Below, piece after piece: positions 1 through 11,725 of a stretch of DNA of 64,000 nt. Each line of letters starts with the position of its first letter. Position 1 is the stretch's first letter. The notes under the pieces are model-generated. The model was given only the letters and a program-made list of their open reading frames with translations, made no database searches and was not told the DNA's origin. The DNA comes from Octopus sinensis (taxonomy: Eukaryota), in assembly GCF_006345805.1 (NCBI RefSeq), contig NC_043018.1, positions 28,644,001-28,708,000 of the forward strand. The letters run 5' to 3'. A program made the position numbers and the translations under genes.

Positions 1-105
1 TTTGTGATTAGCCATATTGAGATGGCTATTATACTTTACATCTCTAAAAATGCTTATATAGTTATTTCCCTTACAAACCTGAGCAACGCCGGGCGATACT
101 GCTAG
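1..105 (+). mobile_element. 3' end of the same Helitron-like family
   Basis: cctgagcaacgccgggcgatactgCTAG|t, matching 12961-12990 in reverse. Confidence 0.6.
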
Positions 106-118
106 TATATATATATAT

Positions 119-164
<46 letters not shown>

Positions 165-201
165 TATATATACATATATAATATATATATTAATATATAT
201 A

Positions 202-232
<31 letters not shown>

Positions 233-1295
233 CATATACATACATTGTGTAGTAAGTAGCTTGTTTACCAACCACATGGTTCCGGGTTCAGTCCCACTGC
301 GTGGCACCTTGGGCAAGTTTCTTCTACTATAGCCTCGGGCCGACCAAAGCCTTGTGAGTGGATTTGTAGACGGAAACTGAAAGAAGCCCGTCGTATATAT
401 GTATATATGTATATATATAATAATATATATATATATATATTATATATATATATTATATATATATATTATATATATATGCGTGTGTTGTGTGTGTGTCTGT
501 GTTTGTCCCCGTAGCATTGTTTGACAACCAATGCTGGTATGTTTATGTCCCCGTAACTTAGCGGTTCGGCAAAAGAGAACGATAGAATAAGTACTGGGCT
601 TACAAAAGAATAAGTCCCGGGGTCGAGTTGCTCGATTAAAAAAGGGTGGTGCTCCAGCTTGGCCGCAGTCAAATGACTGAAACAAGTAAAAGAGTAAAAT
701 AAGTATATATTTTCCTTCCAAAATTGTCGTTGCTTTTACAACACTCCGTCCGTTATTGGAATTATGAGAGTCAACATCCATTGACAAGGTTGGAAGAGCA
801 ACCAAAATTTTGGAAGAAAATTATATATAAATAATGAACCGTGAGTGGAAATCGAACTGGTGAGTGTGGTAGATAATTAAGTATTAACACAATATCACTC
901 TTCCCAGAGACAACAAAGTTTCGCTGTATATTTCTGTGAAGTAAAGGGACATAACTCTATTTTAACTATTGCTGTCTTCGTGTTTTTATTCTTATTTTTC
1001 TGGATAAAATAGAGGCGGGAAATATTTCGATCCATTGGGATCCTTCCCTCCGTTCCTCTGTCACGATTCGCCTTTCCTTATCTATCTCTTTTTCTTTCTT
1101 TCTTTCTCTTACTTTCTTCTGTCTACCCTCCCCTTCCCTTTATGTCTTTCTTTTTCTCTCTTGGTCTGTTTCTCCTTTTTCCTCTCTCTCATACTCTTTC
1201 TGCGTGTGTGTGTGTTGCGTCTCTCTTCTCTCTCTCTCTCTCTCTCTCCGCCTCTCTCACTCTCTCTCCCTCTCTCCTGCGCCTGTTATCTATAA

Positions 1296-1870
1296 TTTTT
1301 TTTACTAGTTTCAGCTCGAAACTTGCGGCCATGCTGGGGCACCGCCGTTAGCTTTGCTACACTTCCACAATTCGAAACCTCCTCTGATATGCAGCATTGG
1401 TGAATGACGGAGTTTGATGATGCCGCCCTCATCTGAGTTTCCTGCTGCGAGGTACGTTCATCGGGAACTCTTGACAGGAAGAGATCCCGTTTTGTTTCGA
1501 AGATACCTACATCCGCCCCATGTAGGTTTCTCAGGATTTGTGGGCCCTTGAAACTCAAACTTTTGCAGTATCTGGTCCTGTATTCTGGTGGCAATATTGG
1601 GATCCTTGATACTATGCAGTGGCAGCACCTCGTTCTGCTCTTTGTGTAACTTTCAATGCCAAAGTGTGGCGCATGCCCTTCCAGGATTTTCCAGATACAT
1701 ATCACTGTATATCGTTCTGTATATGCCCTGATTCCAAATACTTCCACGTGTATACAAATACATACATAGGATCAGCAGCGAGACATCATGTGGTGCATCA
1801 TTCTAGAAGCCTCTAGAATATTCTCCAAACAAGGGCTATAGATACGTAAGCACATTTTAAGCACCAGACT
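1296..1870 (-). mobile_element. CR1/L2-like LINE 3' end
   Basis: ERYTVICIWKILEG..PHFGI..SLSFKGPQ..LFLSRVPDE..AASSNS, typical of LINE ORF2 C-termini, followed by a short 3' tail. Confidence 0.7.
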
Positions 1871-3323
1871 TTAGTTTGTGGCCACTCGCAACTAAGTCAA
1901 CCACATGTTCATTTTACTGCTTTATAACGTGTGTGTGTGTTTTGCTTGTCACCCTACCATAGTTTGACAGTCGGTGTTGGTTTGTTTAGATTCCCGTAAC
2001 ATAGCGGTTTGGCAAAATAAGACTTGTAGACTAAGTATTAAGCTTTGAAAAATAATAATAGCTTCTACTGTCGATTCATTCGGCACTGTATTATTGAAGG
2101 CAGTGCCCCAGCATGGCCGCCATGTAATGACTGAAACGTTTGTAAATTTGTTGTGCAAGATTCTTGATGCGGAACAGAACAGGAGGAAACACGTGGATGG
2201 AAGAGTCGCTAAAGAGGTCAAAGATGTGTGATGAAAGATAAGAACATAATTCACTTATATATCTATTTATCTATATATCTATTACTTTACTTTTACTTTT
2301 CGCCATTTTCAAGCCTCGCCAGGCTCATGGGTCCGGTTTCCCGGTTTCTGTGACGTATGTGTTCCCCCCAGCTGGACGAGACGCAGCGTTACTGAAGAAA
2401 CAGAAAGAAAGAGTGAGAGAAAGTTGTGGCGAAAGAGTACAACAGGGATCACCACCACCCCCTGCCGGAGCCTCGTGGAGCTTTTTAGGTGTTTTCGTTC
2501 AATAAACACACGAAACGCCCGGTCTGGGAATCGAAACCGCGATCCTCCGACCGCGAGTCCGTTACCCTAACCACTGGGCCATTGCACCCCCCCCCACACC
2601 ACACACACATACGATGTCTACCAAATCCACTCACAAGAACTTGGTCAGCCCGAGGCTATAGTAGAAAACACTTGTTGAAGGCGCCCCGCAGTAGAACTGA
2701 ACCCAGAACCATGTGGTTGGTAAGCAAGCTACTTACCACACAGCCACACCCATCCAGTACTTATTTTAAAACCTGGTATTTATTAGTCTCTTTTCTCGAA
2801 CTGCTAAGTTACGGGGGAGACGGCACAACAAATTCCGATACAATCGTAATCAACGACGTTTGAATGGTATTTGTAGGAAATTTCATTACAAAATATCCAT
2901 TTTTGAGGAAGTTATGAGGAAACAAAGTCGGTGGGGAGGGGAAGACACTTGTGTAGTTATGCCATGTGTGAGTCCGTGCGTGCATGCGCGCGCGTGTGTG
3001 TATATGTGTGTGTATGTGTATGTGTGGATATATCTATCTATCAGCTACGCTAAGTAACGGGGACGTAAATACACCAACACCGGCTGTTAAGCTGCTTTTG
3101 GTGCCAGACACATACATACGAACATACATACATCACACACACACACACACACACACTATATATATATATTTAATCATTTACTTGTTTCAGCCATTTGACT
3201 ACGGCCATACTAGAGCACCGCCTTAAAAGATCGACCGCAGGACCTATTCTTTGTAAGCCTAGAACTTATTCCCAGTGTCTCTTCCGCCGAACCGCTACGT
3301 TACGAGGACATAAACACACCGCA

Positions 3324-3351
<28 letters not shown>

Positions 3352-3357
<6 letters not shown>

Positions 3358-4580
3358 CTCCTTCACCTGCACCTCCAGCAATATTATCTATTGCATCTCT
3401 TGCTCTCTCTGCAATTCTTTGTACATCGGACAAACGGGACGCCGCTTGGCTGACCGGTTCGCGGAACAACTTCGTGACATCCACCTTGCGAACGACACAC
3501 CGGTCTCACGCCATTTCCGCTCCACCGGTCACTCCTTGCAACACCTATCTGTGTTCGGTTTGTCCTTACACAGAGGCCATCCGGATTCCCGTTTGCGCCG
3601 TGAACAGGAATTAATCTTCTCTCTTCGCTCTTATACGCCATTTGGTCTCAACTCTCCCCCCCTCCTCATCTAACCCCCTCCCCCCTCTCACCTATCCTTT
3701 CTCCCCCCGACCCCTACTTCTTCAGTCCTTCATCCTTTCACCCCTACTCCCCTTCCCTCTTCCCCTCTTTCTCCCTCCCTCTTCCCCTTCCCTCTGCTCC
3801 CTCTCTCCCCTTCCTTCTCCCCCATCCTCTCCTCTTCCCCCTTCTCCTCCCCCTCTTCTTCCCCTCCCCCCTCTTCTCCCCCTCCCCCTCTTCTCTCACT
3901 ACACCACATGACTTTACACATCACATCACATATGATGTGCCATACTAATACACACACCAACTAATACATACTAATACGTACTAATACATACTAGTACATA
4001 CTAATACTTACACCAACCCTATACATACACACGTCCAGACCCCGCATACGCACTTATACTCTCTCACACACACACACACCTATACATACCAATACGTACT
4101 AATAACATACTAATACATACTAATACATACACCAACCCCATACATATGCACTCCAGACCAATCCTACGCACTAATACTCTCATACACACACCACACACAC
4201 ACACACACACACCCTTATACATACTAATACATACACCAACCCTATACATACACACATCCAGACCCCTCCCACGCACTTTTAGCTGGTCCCTCAACCCATT
4301 TATCAACCCTATTATCTCCCCTTATTTCGCTCTCGCGTCTCATGTTTGATCTTTGACCTCTGGCCGAAATCAGATCGCCATGTTGATTCGTAGCTACTGC
4401 ACGCATTTTTTTTCTCTCCTTTCTGTGTTTTTCTCTCTCTGTGTATCTTTCTGTTGAAGAGCGTAGGCTCGAAACGTTAAAGACTTGTTTTATTTATATT
4501 TCCTGAGCGCCATACTAATACAATTGTTCGTTTGTTTTCCACCTGCCTTCGTCTTTTGTTTATTTTCATAAAGCTTCCCG
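3352..4580 (+). mobile_element. 5'-truncated Penelope-like element: GIY-YIG 3' end, pyrimidine-rich and ctaatacata-repeat 3' region, terminal pLTR with hammerhead motif
   Basis: FTCTSSNIIYCISCSLCNSLYIGQTGRRLADRF..PVSRHF..RLRREQELIF..TPFGLN (3352-3673); hammerhead-like motif 4446-4483; flanked by (CA)n and (TA)n. Confidence 0.85.
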
Positions 4581-5379
4581 TTATATATATATATATATAC
4601 ACAAAATTTAGAGGACTGAACACTAAATTTTTTTATTTTAATATATATATATATATTCTTTTATTTCTTTTACTTGTTTCAGTCATTTGACTGCGGCCAT
4701 GCTGGGGCACCGCCTTTAGTCGAGCAAATCGACCCCGGGACTTATTCTTTGTAAGCCTAGTACTTATTCTTTCGGTCTCTTGTGTCGAACAGCTAAGTGA
4801 CGGGGACTTAAACACACCAGCATCGGTTGTCAAGCAATGCTAGGGGGACAAACACAGACATACACACACACACATACTATATATATATATACATATATAC
4901 GACAGGCTTCTTTCAGTTTCCGTCTACCAAATCCACTCACAAGGCTTTGGTCGGTCTGGGGCTATAGCAGAAGACACTTGCCCAAGATGCCACGCAGTGG
5001 GACTGAACCCGGAACCATGTGGTTGGTTAGCAAGCTACTTACCACACAGCCGACGGGCTTCTTTCAGTTTCCGTCTATCAAATCCACTCTTAAGGCTTTG
5101 GTTGGCCTAGGGCTATAGTTGAGGACACTTTCCCAAGGTGTCACGCAGCTGACTGAACCCGGAACTCTGTACTTGAATAGCAAACTTTTGTTACCACACA
5201 ACCACGCCCACAATCTATACAAGGACAGATGTGCTTTTCTTCTTTCACAAAACTCATCTCTTTTCGTCACTTTCTTTCTCTCATAATAAACATCTTTTTG
5301 TCTCTTTGCCTTTTAATTGTGCAGTGACTTCCCTTTTTTAAATAATATACATTCGCCGCTCATTAATTAATTAAGAAAC

Positions 5380-6552
5380 TTACTTATATCTACCCGTTCC
5401 TCTCTCTCTTTCTTTTTCTTTTTCTTTCTCTTTTTGTTTTTTTTCTCGCTTTCTTCCTCTTTCTCCCTCATCTCTCACACCACTACCATCACCACTGCCA
5501 CCACCACCACCTTTAACATAGAACATAATCAACCCCATATCCCACAAAAAAATATATAAATAAATAATCTCCGTACTTTTCCGTATATATGCGTCAAGTT
5601 CCGGTAGTGTTAAAGTTTACATTGTGACGTATGTCATGTGAATGAACATCGTTGCAAATTACACCTCCAATAACAACAACAACGACAACAACGATAACGA
5701 TGACAGCTTTCGATGATAACAGCAATGGTAGGGAAAACAGAAAGGGATTCACCGCCGGATTACCGCCACATTCACTATCATCCGTTTCTTTTGTCTGTAA
5801 ATATTTAACGTAATTTTTTATTCCTGTGGCAGAAACATTTTTACAAGGAACATGACATAACAACGAACACCACACAGTACCTCGCAACTTCAACACTAGG
5901 TACCTTTCGCTCTCACACGTCCAAATATATAATATATATGCGTATAATATATTTTATATTTATGTGTACCAATAACACATATCTCTGATAGTCCAACGTA
6001 AAGCACATGACAGCACTCAGTCACGCACTTTATAAATAGATATCTATATACACGAGCAATTAAAACACATATACACACACACATATAGGCACTTAACGCA
6101 CTCACAAGACACGTATATACATAAGCAATTAACGTACTCTCACACACATACAGATACTCATCTAAATAACATCTAAGTTATACGTATTTTATACATACAT
6201 ACATACGAGTAGGTTAGACAGATACTTAATTATAACTAGCCTAATTGTCTCTTGTTCCTATATGAACAAATAATAATTATTATTATTGTTATTATGACCC
6301 ATTTATGGTCAAATCAATATATGAGAGAGAACCGTCCCAGCACGTCTAAACAATATCTTGACAAACGGATTGACAGACAAACAGAAGATACACAAGGAAG
6401 AACGGTCTTGAAGAAAAATTAAACATGTGTTATTGTGTATCAATTTAATTGATTGATTTGTTAACAAGTTCGTTAAATTGTATAATTTAATCATCTACCC
6501 CGATCACAGACAGTTATTGTGGCACATATTAAAACGGCTATAAACAACGAAA
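5380..6552. promoter_or_regulatory. Probable promoter/5' UTR region of MFSD11 (repeat-poor, CpG-retaining)
   Basis: Unique sequence free of SINEs directly upstream of the ATG, with more CpG than its flanks by eye; TSS not determinable. Confidence 0.4.
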
Positions 6553-6657
6553 ATGCCTCCCCAAAGCTTCTGTAACGCTAACATGTATAATGTCATAATT
6601 TTGGGGTTAGCCTTCATGTTCATCTTCACAGCATTCCAGACCACGTCCATGGTTCAG
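6553..6657 (+). CDS. MFSD11: MFSD11 exon 1 (MPPQSFCNANMYNVIILGLAFMFIFTAFQTTSMVQ)
   Basis: AAAATG start context, CAG|GTAAAA donor, phase 0. Confidence 0.9.
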
Positions 6658-8784
6658 GTAAAAGAAAAATATTACCTTTATTTATTTATTGAGCTATTTA
6701 TTTATAGGCATAATTACAGATGTGTGCCCCATCAGCTCGCTAACTTTTTTTCCTCATAACTTTCTGAAAATGTATATATTTTTCTCATCTTTTATCTTTT
6801 ACTGCAACTATCCCGGGGCACCCCCTTAAAGAAATTTTAGTCGCATGAATCAAACCCTGTTAATCTCTCGTCATATCGCGGTTTATTTAAGCTTACGTCG
6901 ATTCCTCCGTAGTGTTGTTTTGCTTTTGTAATAAAATATATATACAAGGCATGACTTCCTTTTGTACACCCCACTAAAAAAACCCACCTTTTTTTAATTT
7001 ATATTTATTTTCTTATTTTAAGCTTGGCACTTATTCTATTGGAGTCTTGCCGACCCTGTAAGTTAGTGAATGTAAACACAACACCGATTGTCAAGCGATT
7101 GTGGTGAACGGGGACACACACAGACACACACACATATGATGGGCTTCTTTCATTTTCCGTCTACCAAAATCCACACAGAGCTTTGGTTGGCCTGGGGCTA
7201 GGAGGAATTCGGGGAATTCCAACCACGTTTCGTGGTTTGCATACCTCACCAGCTCTTTTATAGGACCCCGTGACTAAAGACCTTATGAAGGTCCTGGGTT
7301 CTTTGCCAACGAACTCGGAAGCATGAGGTTGAGAAGTAGGCTTCTTACCACACAACCACGCCTGTGCATAGAAATTGAAATTTTGAAAAAAAAACAAAAA
7401 AATCTGATGTATTTCGGTATGTATGTGTGCAACCCCATCAATTATTTTTTCTCCTTTTATCATTAAATCCCGATATAATCGTAATCCACGCCACCAGAAA
7501 GGTATTTTGTCCAAGGTGGTGTCCCAGTCACTGGGCTGGCGCATTGCTTGTGGCACCACATAGGAGGGCTTAATCCTTGCCTTGTGGTTCTCAACCGGAT
7601 CTATATGACCCCTCGGGGCTCATATAAGATTTTGGGGAGGGGTTCCAAGTAAGCTAGCAGTAATAATAAATTGGTGATCTACGGTTGTATTTTTAAGGGT
7701 CAATGATAAAATTCTACTTTCGATGTATTTAGTCTAAGAAACAGCTTGGTTTCTTTCTCCAACATTTTACAGTTTCTGGCCCCTGAAACGTTCTCTCAGT
7801 TCTTTTGCAAACCTACACAAATGAATGGATGAAAAACAAAATATGAAATAAGTATCTATAAAACTAGTTTTTAAACATCGGAGGGCTTACGAGGGAGGCG
7901 GGATCTTTTCGGTTTGAACGGCAGTTTTTTCTAGCGGTGTCATATGGAATTGTCACCCATAATTATGACCCTAGAATCGATCTATTGCATTTCAATCTCT
8001 TTTAGGGTTAGTTAGGATTAGTTAGGGGTGGAGGAAGGGTATATTTTTTTCTTCACAAATGTAAATAAACCCAATCTGTTTCTTAAACGAGGGACATATT
8101 CATACGGCACAGAATGTTTTTTAACTCAATAGACGTCACTGATTGGTTGAAATTGCAGAAATTGAAGGAAAAAAAACAACAAATATCTTACAAACCATAG
8201 AATTTTCCCAATAAAGCCAAGAGAACAAAGATGTTTGATAAACACATTCTACCAGTATACGAAGTTTAAAATTTTTTAGTTACCTAGAAAAGATCCGAAA
8301 AGATCCGGGAGGCGGGATCTGCCTGAGAATAAGTAATCAAAGAAGTTCATAGATTTAAATTTAAAAAAATGAGGGGCGTGTTGGGGTGAGAACCGGTACT
8401 TATATTTCTTCGTTTGTTTTCCCAACAAATTTTGATATAACCGTAATCTACACAATCTAAAATTTATAACTGTCGAATATCGTTAAAAGAACAAACATGT
8501 TTTCAGAAAGTTATGAAGAAACAACATCGTTGGGACCAGGGCACACATCTGTAACTATTTATATTTTTAGACAACTTGTATACAATAGCGTCGATGGTTA
8601 TAAATTTGTTGCAACAGAGTTACGTTGTCTGTTTATTGTATTCCTTTCAGCGAGTGACAAACAAGTTTATTGTTTGTTTCTTTTGTTTTTATTTTCTTCT
8701 TCTACTTGGTATTAAACTAGTATCGTCTGGAACTTCATTCGTATTCGAAAATAAATCATCTTTAGTATGTATGTGTGTGTGTAT

Positions 8785-8819
<35 letters not shown>

Positions 8820-10991
8820 TATATATATACACACACACACACACATATATATATACATACACACACCCATGCCAGCATAGAAGCCAGACGTTAAACGATG
8901 TTGATGATAATATATATATATAGAACTGAACCCGGAACCATGTGGTTGGGAAGCAAGCTACTTACCAGACAGTCACTCCTTTGCCTACAATACAAACAAC
9001 AACAATATACAAGTTACAGAATGTCTTAAATGATCCAGAAACAATGACTAACGGTCAAGTTATCCTCCCCATTTAAACTGACCTTATCTGGCCCCAATAT
9101 TCTATCTATTTTGTGTTCAAACTGGCTAGAACTGACCTCTTGCACCTCCCCTACATTGTCATTGTAAAAGTATGCAATCACATCATTGAAATCTCAAAGC
9201 TACAACATAATGCATGATTAATTCAAAATGATGTGTATAAATAAATGCCATAAGTCTTCGAGTATAGTCTGCCCTTGAGTATAATATGCAAGGGATTTTT
9301 AGGGGGCTGTACCTCTGCAAAACCTAAACCTTGTGTATAATACGCACCCCTTCTCTTACTTGTGTCAAAGAGGTCTATATAACGTCCTGGTTTGTAAAAA
9401 TGTATACGGTAATGTCCTTTATTATTATTGCATATATAACATAATGCAAACGTGTAGCTTTTTTGTGCATTTTGTTTGCAGAAAATAAAGAAATAACAGT
9501 AATAACGTTTCATAAATGTTGCTTATTGCAAGTTATGGATGATCCTTTTATGACTTCATTGCTTTCAGGCTTAGCTTAAGGTATTTTCGCGCCCAACATC
9601 ACAAAATACATCTGAATAAAAATAGCCGGACAGAAAATAGAGACTCGAGCATTGTTTAGAAAATAATTTTCATTTTAAAACTCATATATTGGTGCAGGAG
9701 TGGCACATAAATATCCACTAAGGCACAGGAGTGGCTGTGTGGTAAGTAGCTTGCTTACCAAACACATGGTCCTGGGTTCAGTCCCACTGCGTGGCACCTT
9801 GGGCAAGTGTCTTCTACTATAGCCTTGGGCTGACCAAAGCCTTGTGAGTGGATTTGGTAGACGGAAACTGAAAGAAGCCCATCGTATATATGTATATATA
9901 TATGCATATGTGTGCATGTGTGTCTTTGTTCATCCCCCTAGCATTGCTTGACAACTGATGCTGGTGTGTTTATGTCCCTGTCACTTAGCGGTTAGACAAA
10001 AGACACCGATAGAATAAGTACTGGGCTTACAAAGAATAAGTCCCTGGGTCGAGTTGGTCGATTAAAGGCGGTGCTCCAGTATGGCCACAGTCAAATGACT
10101 GAAACAAGTAAAAGCGCAATAGTACGCACTAGGGATTTTGACCTTCAAATTTTGGGAAAAAATGCAGATTATACTCGAGGATTTACGGTATTAGATTTGA
10201 TAAAGTAATCTGAATGCTAAAGGTTTAAAAGTATTTATAAGTTAGGAGTGCCGTTGTTCCATGAGACATGCAAAAGTAATATGAGAGAGCATCTAGTCCA
10301 CACTCTGTAAAGTAGTTGGTATTAGGATTGTTCTATAAACCATGCTAAAAGAGACAGTAGAGATATCGGTAATTACCATACCAACCAGCCCATGCCATTA
10401 TGGCATATAGACATGAAGGCGATGATGATGAATCTAGTGAAATCACTTTAGTCTTATAAAGGTCAAAGTGGAATCGTTAAATGCAGAAGTGGGGGATGTG
10501 AACTAGACGTCACATACTAACCCATTCTCACACCTGGTCTTTCCCATTGTAATTTTATCTCCTGTATTGTGTCATCGGCTACAACCATTTATTTATATTT
10601 GTGACATTCCTAAACAAGTGTGATCAACAAAAACCATGCGAATTTATTTCCTCATAACTTTCAGGAAAATAGATATTTCTAAATGAAATTTTTCTGCAAA
10701 TATCTTTTAGGTGGTGTAAATTAAGGTTACATTGGAATTTAATGTGTAAAACAAGAAAGAAAATAGGTTGGTGTGCACACTTTTATACTGACACCCGTCA
10801 CATAAATATCCACAAAAGCGCGGGAGTGGCTGTGTGGTAAGTAGCTTGCTTACCAAACACATGGTCTCAGGTTCAGTCCCACTGCGTGGCACCTTGAGCA
10901 AGTGTCTTCTACTATAGCCTCGGGCCAACCAAAGCCTTGTGAGTGGATTTGGTAAACAATAAACTGAAAGAAGCCCGTCGTCGTATATATG

Positions 10992-11070
<79 letters not shown>

Positions 11071-11690
11071 TTGTCTGTATTTGTCCATCCCAACATCACT
11101 TGACAACCGATGCTGGTGTGTCTACGTCCCCATAACGTAGCGTTTTGACAAAAGACACCGATAGAATAAGTACTTGGCTTACAAAGAATAAATCCTGGGG
11201 TCGATTTGCTCGACTAAAGGTGGTGCTCCAGCATGGCCGCAACCAAATGACTGAAACAAGTAAAAGAGTAAAGTGAAACTTGAAATTTTGAAACAATTGT
11301 GTCACCTATCAGTATGAATTGGTGCACACCCATCAATTCTTCCACTTTTTTTATTTTACATTAAATTCCATTATAATCATAATTTACACTATATCAAGGG
11401 TATATTTTTTTCACTTTCTATCTTGTTTTAGTCATTGGACTGCACCGCCTTGACAAAATTTGACAAAAAAGGGCACCGCCTTGACAAAATTTAGTCAAAC
11501 TAATCAACCCCAGTACTTATTATCATTTGACTGTGGCCATGCTGGAGCACCCCCTTTAGTCAAGCAAATCAGCCCCAGGACTTATTCTTTGTAAGCCTAG
11601 TACTTATTCTATCGGTCTCTTTTGCCGAACCGCTAAGTTACGGGGACGTAAACACACCAACATTGGTTGTCAAGCGATGTTGGGGGGCGG

Positions 11691-11725
<35 letters not shown>

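Noticed and set aside
4338-4382. Possible second hammerhead in the 3352-4580 element (GGCC GAAA TC A GA TC)
   Set aside because: The CUGANGA half of the core is missing; too degenerate to call
5594-5896. 100-aa minus-strand ORF with a hydrophobic stretch
   Set aside because: The hydrophobic run comes from a (GTT)n-like repeat; the start is non-ATG and there is no recognisable domain or splice support
7995-8035. TTAGGG-like motifs as interstitial telomere
   Set aside because: Only one or two degenerate units, inside a MITE body also present at 50452-50860
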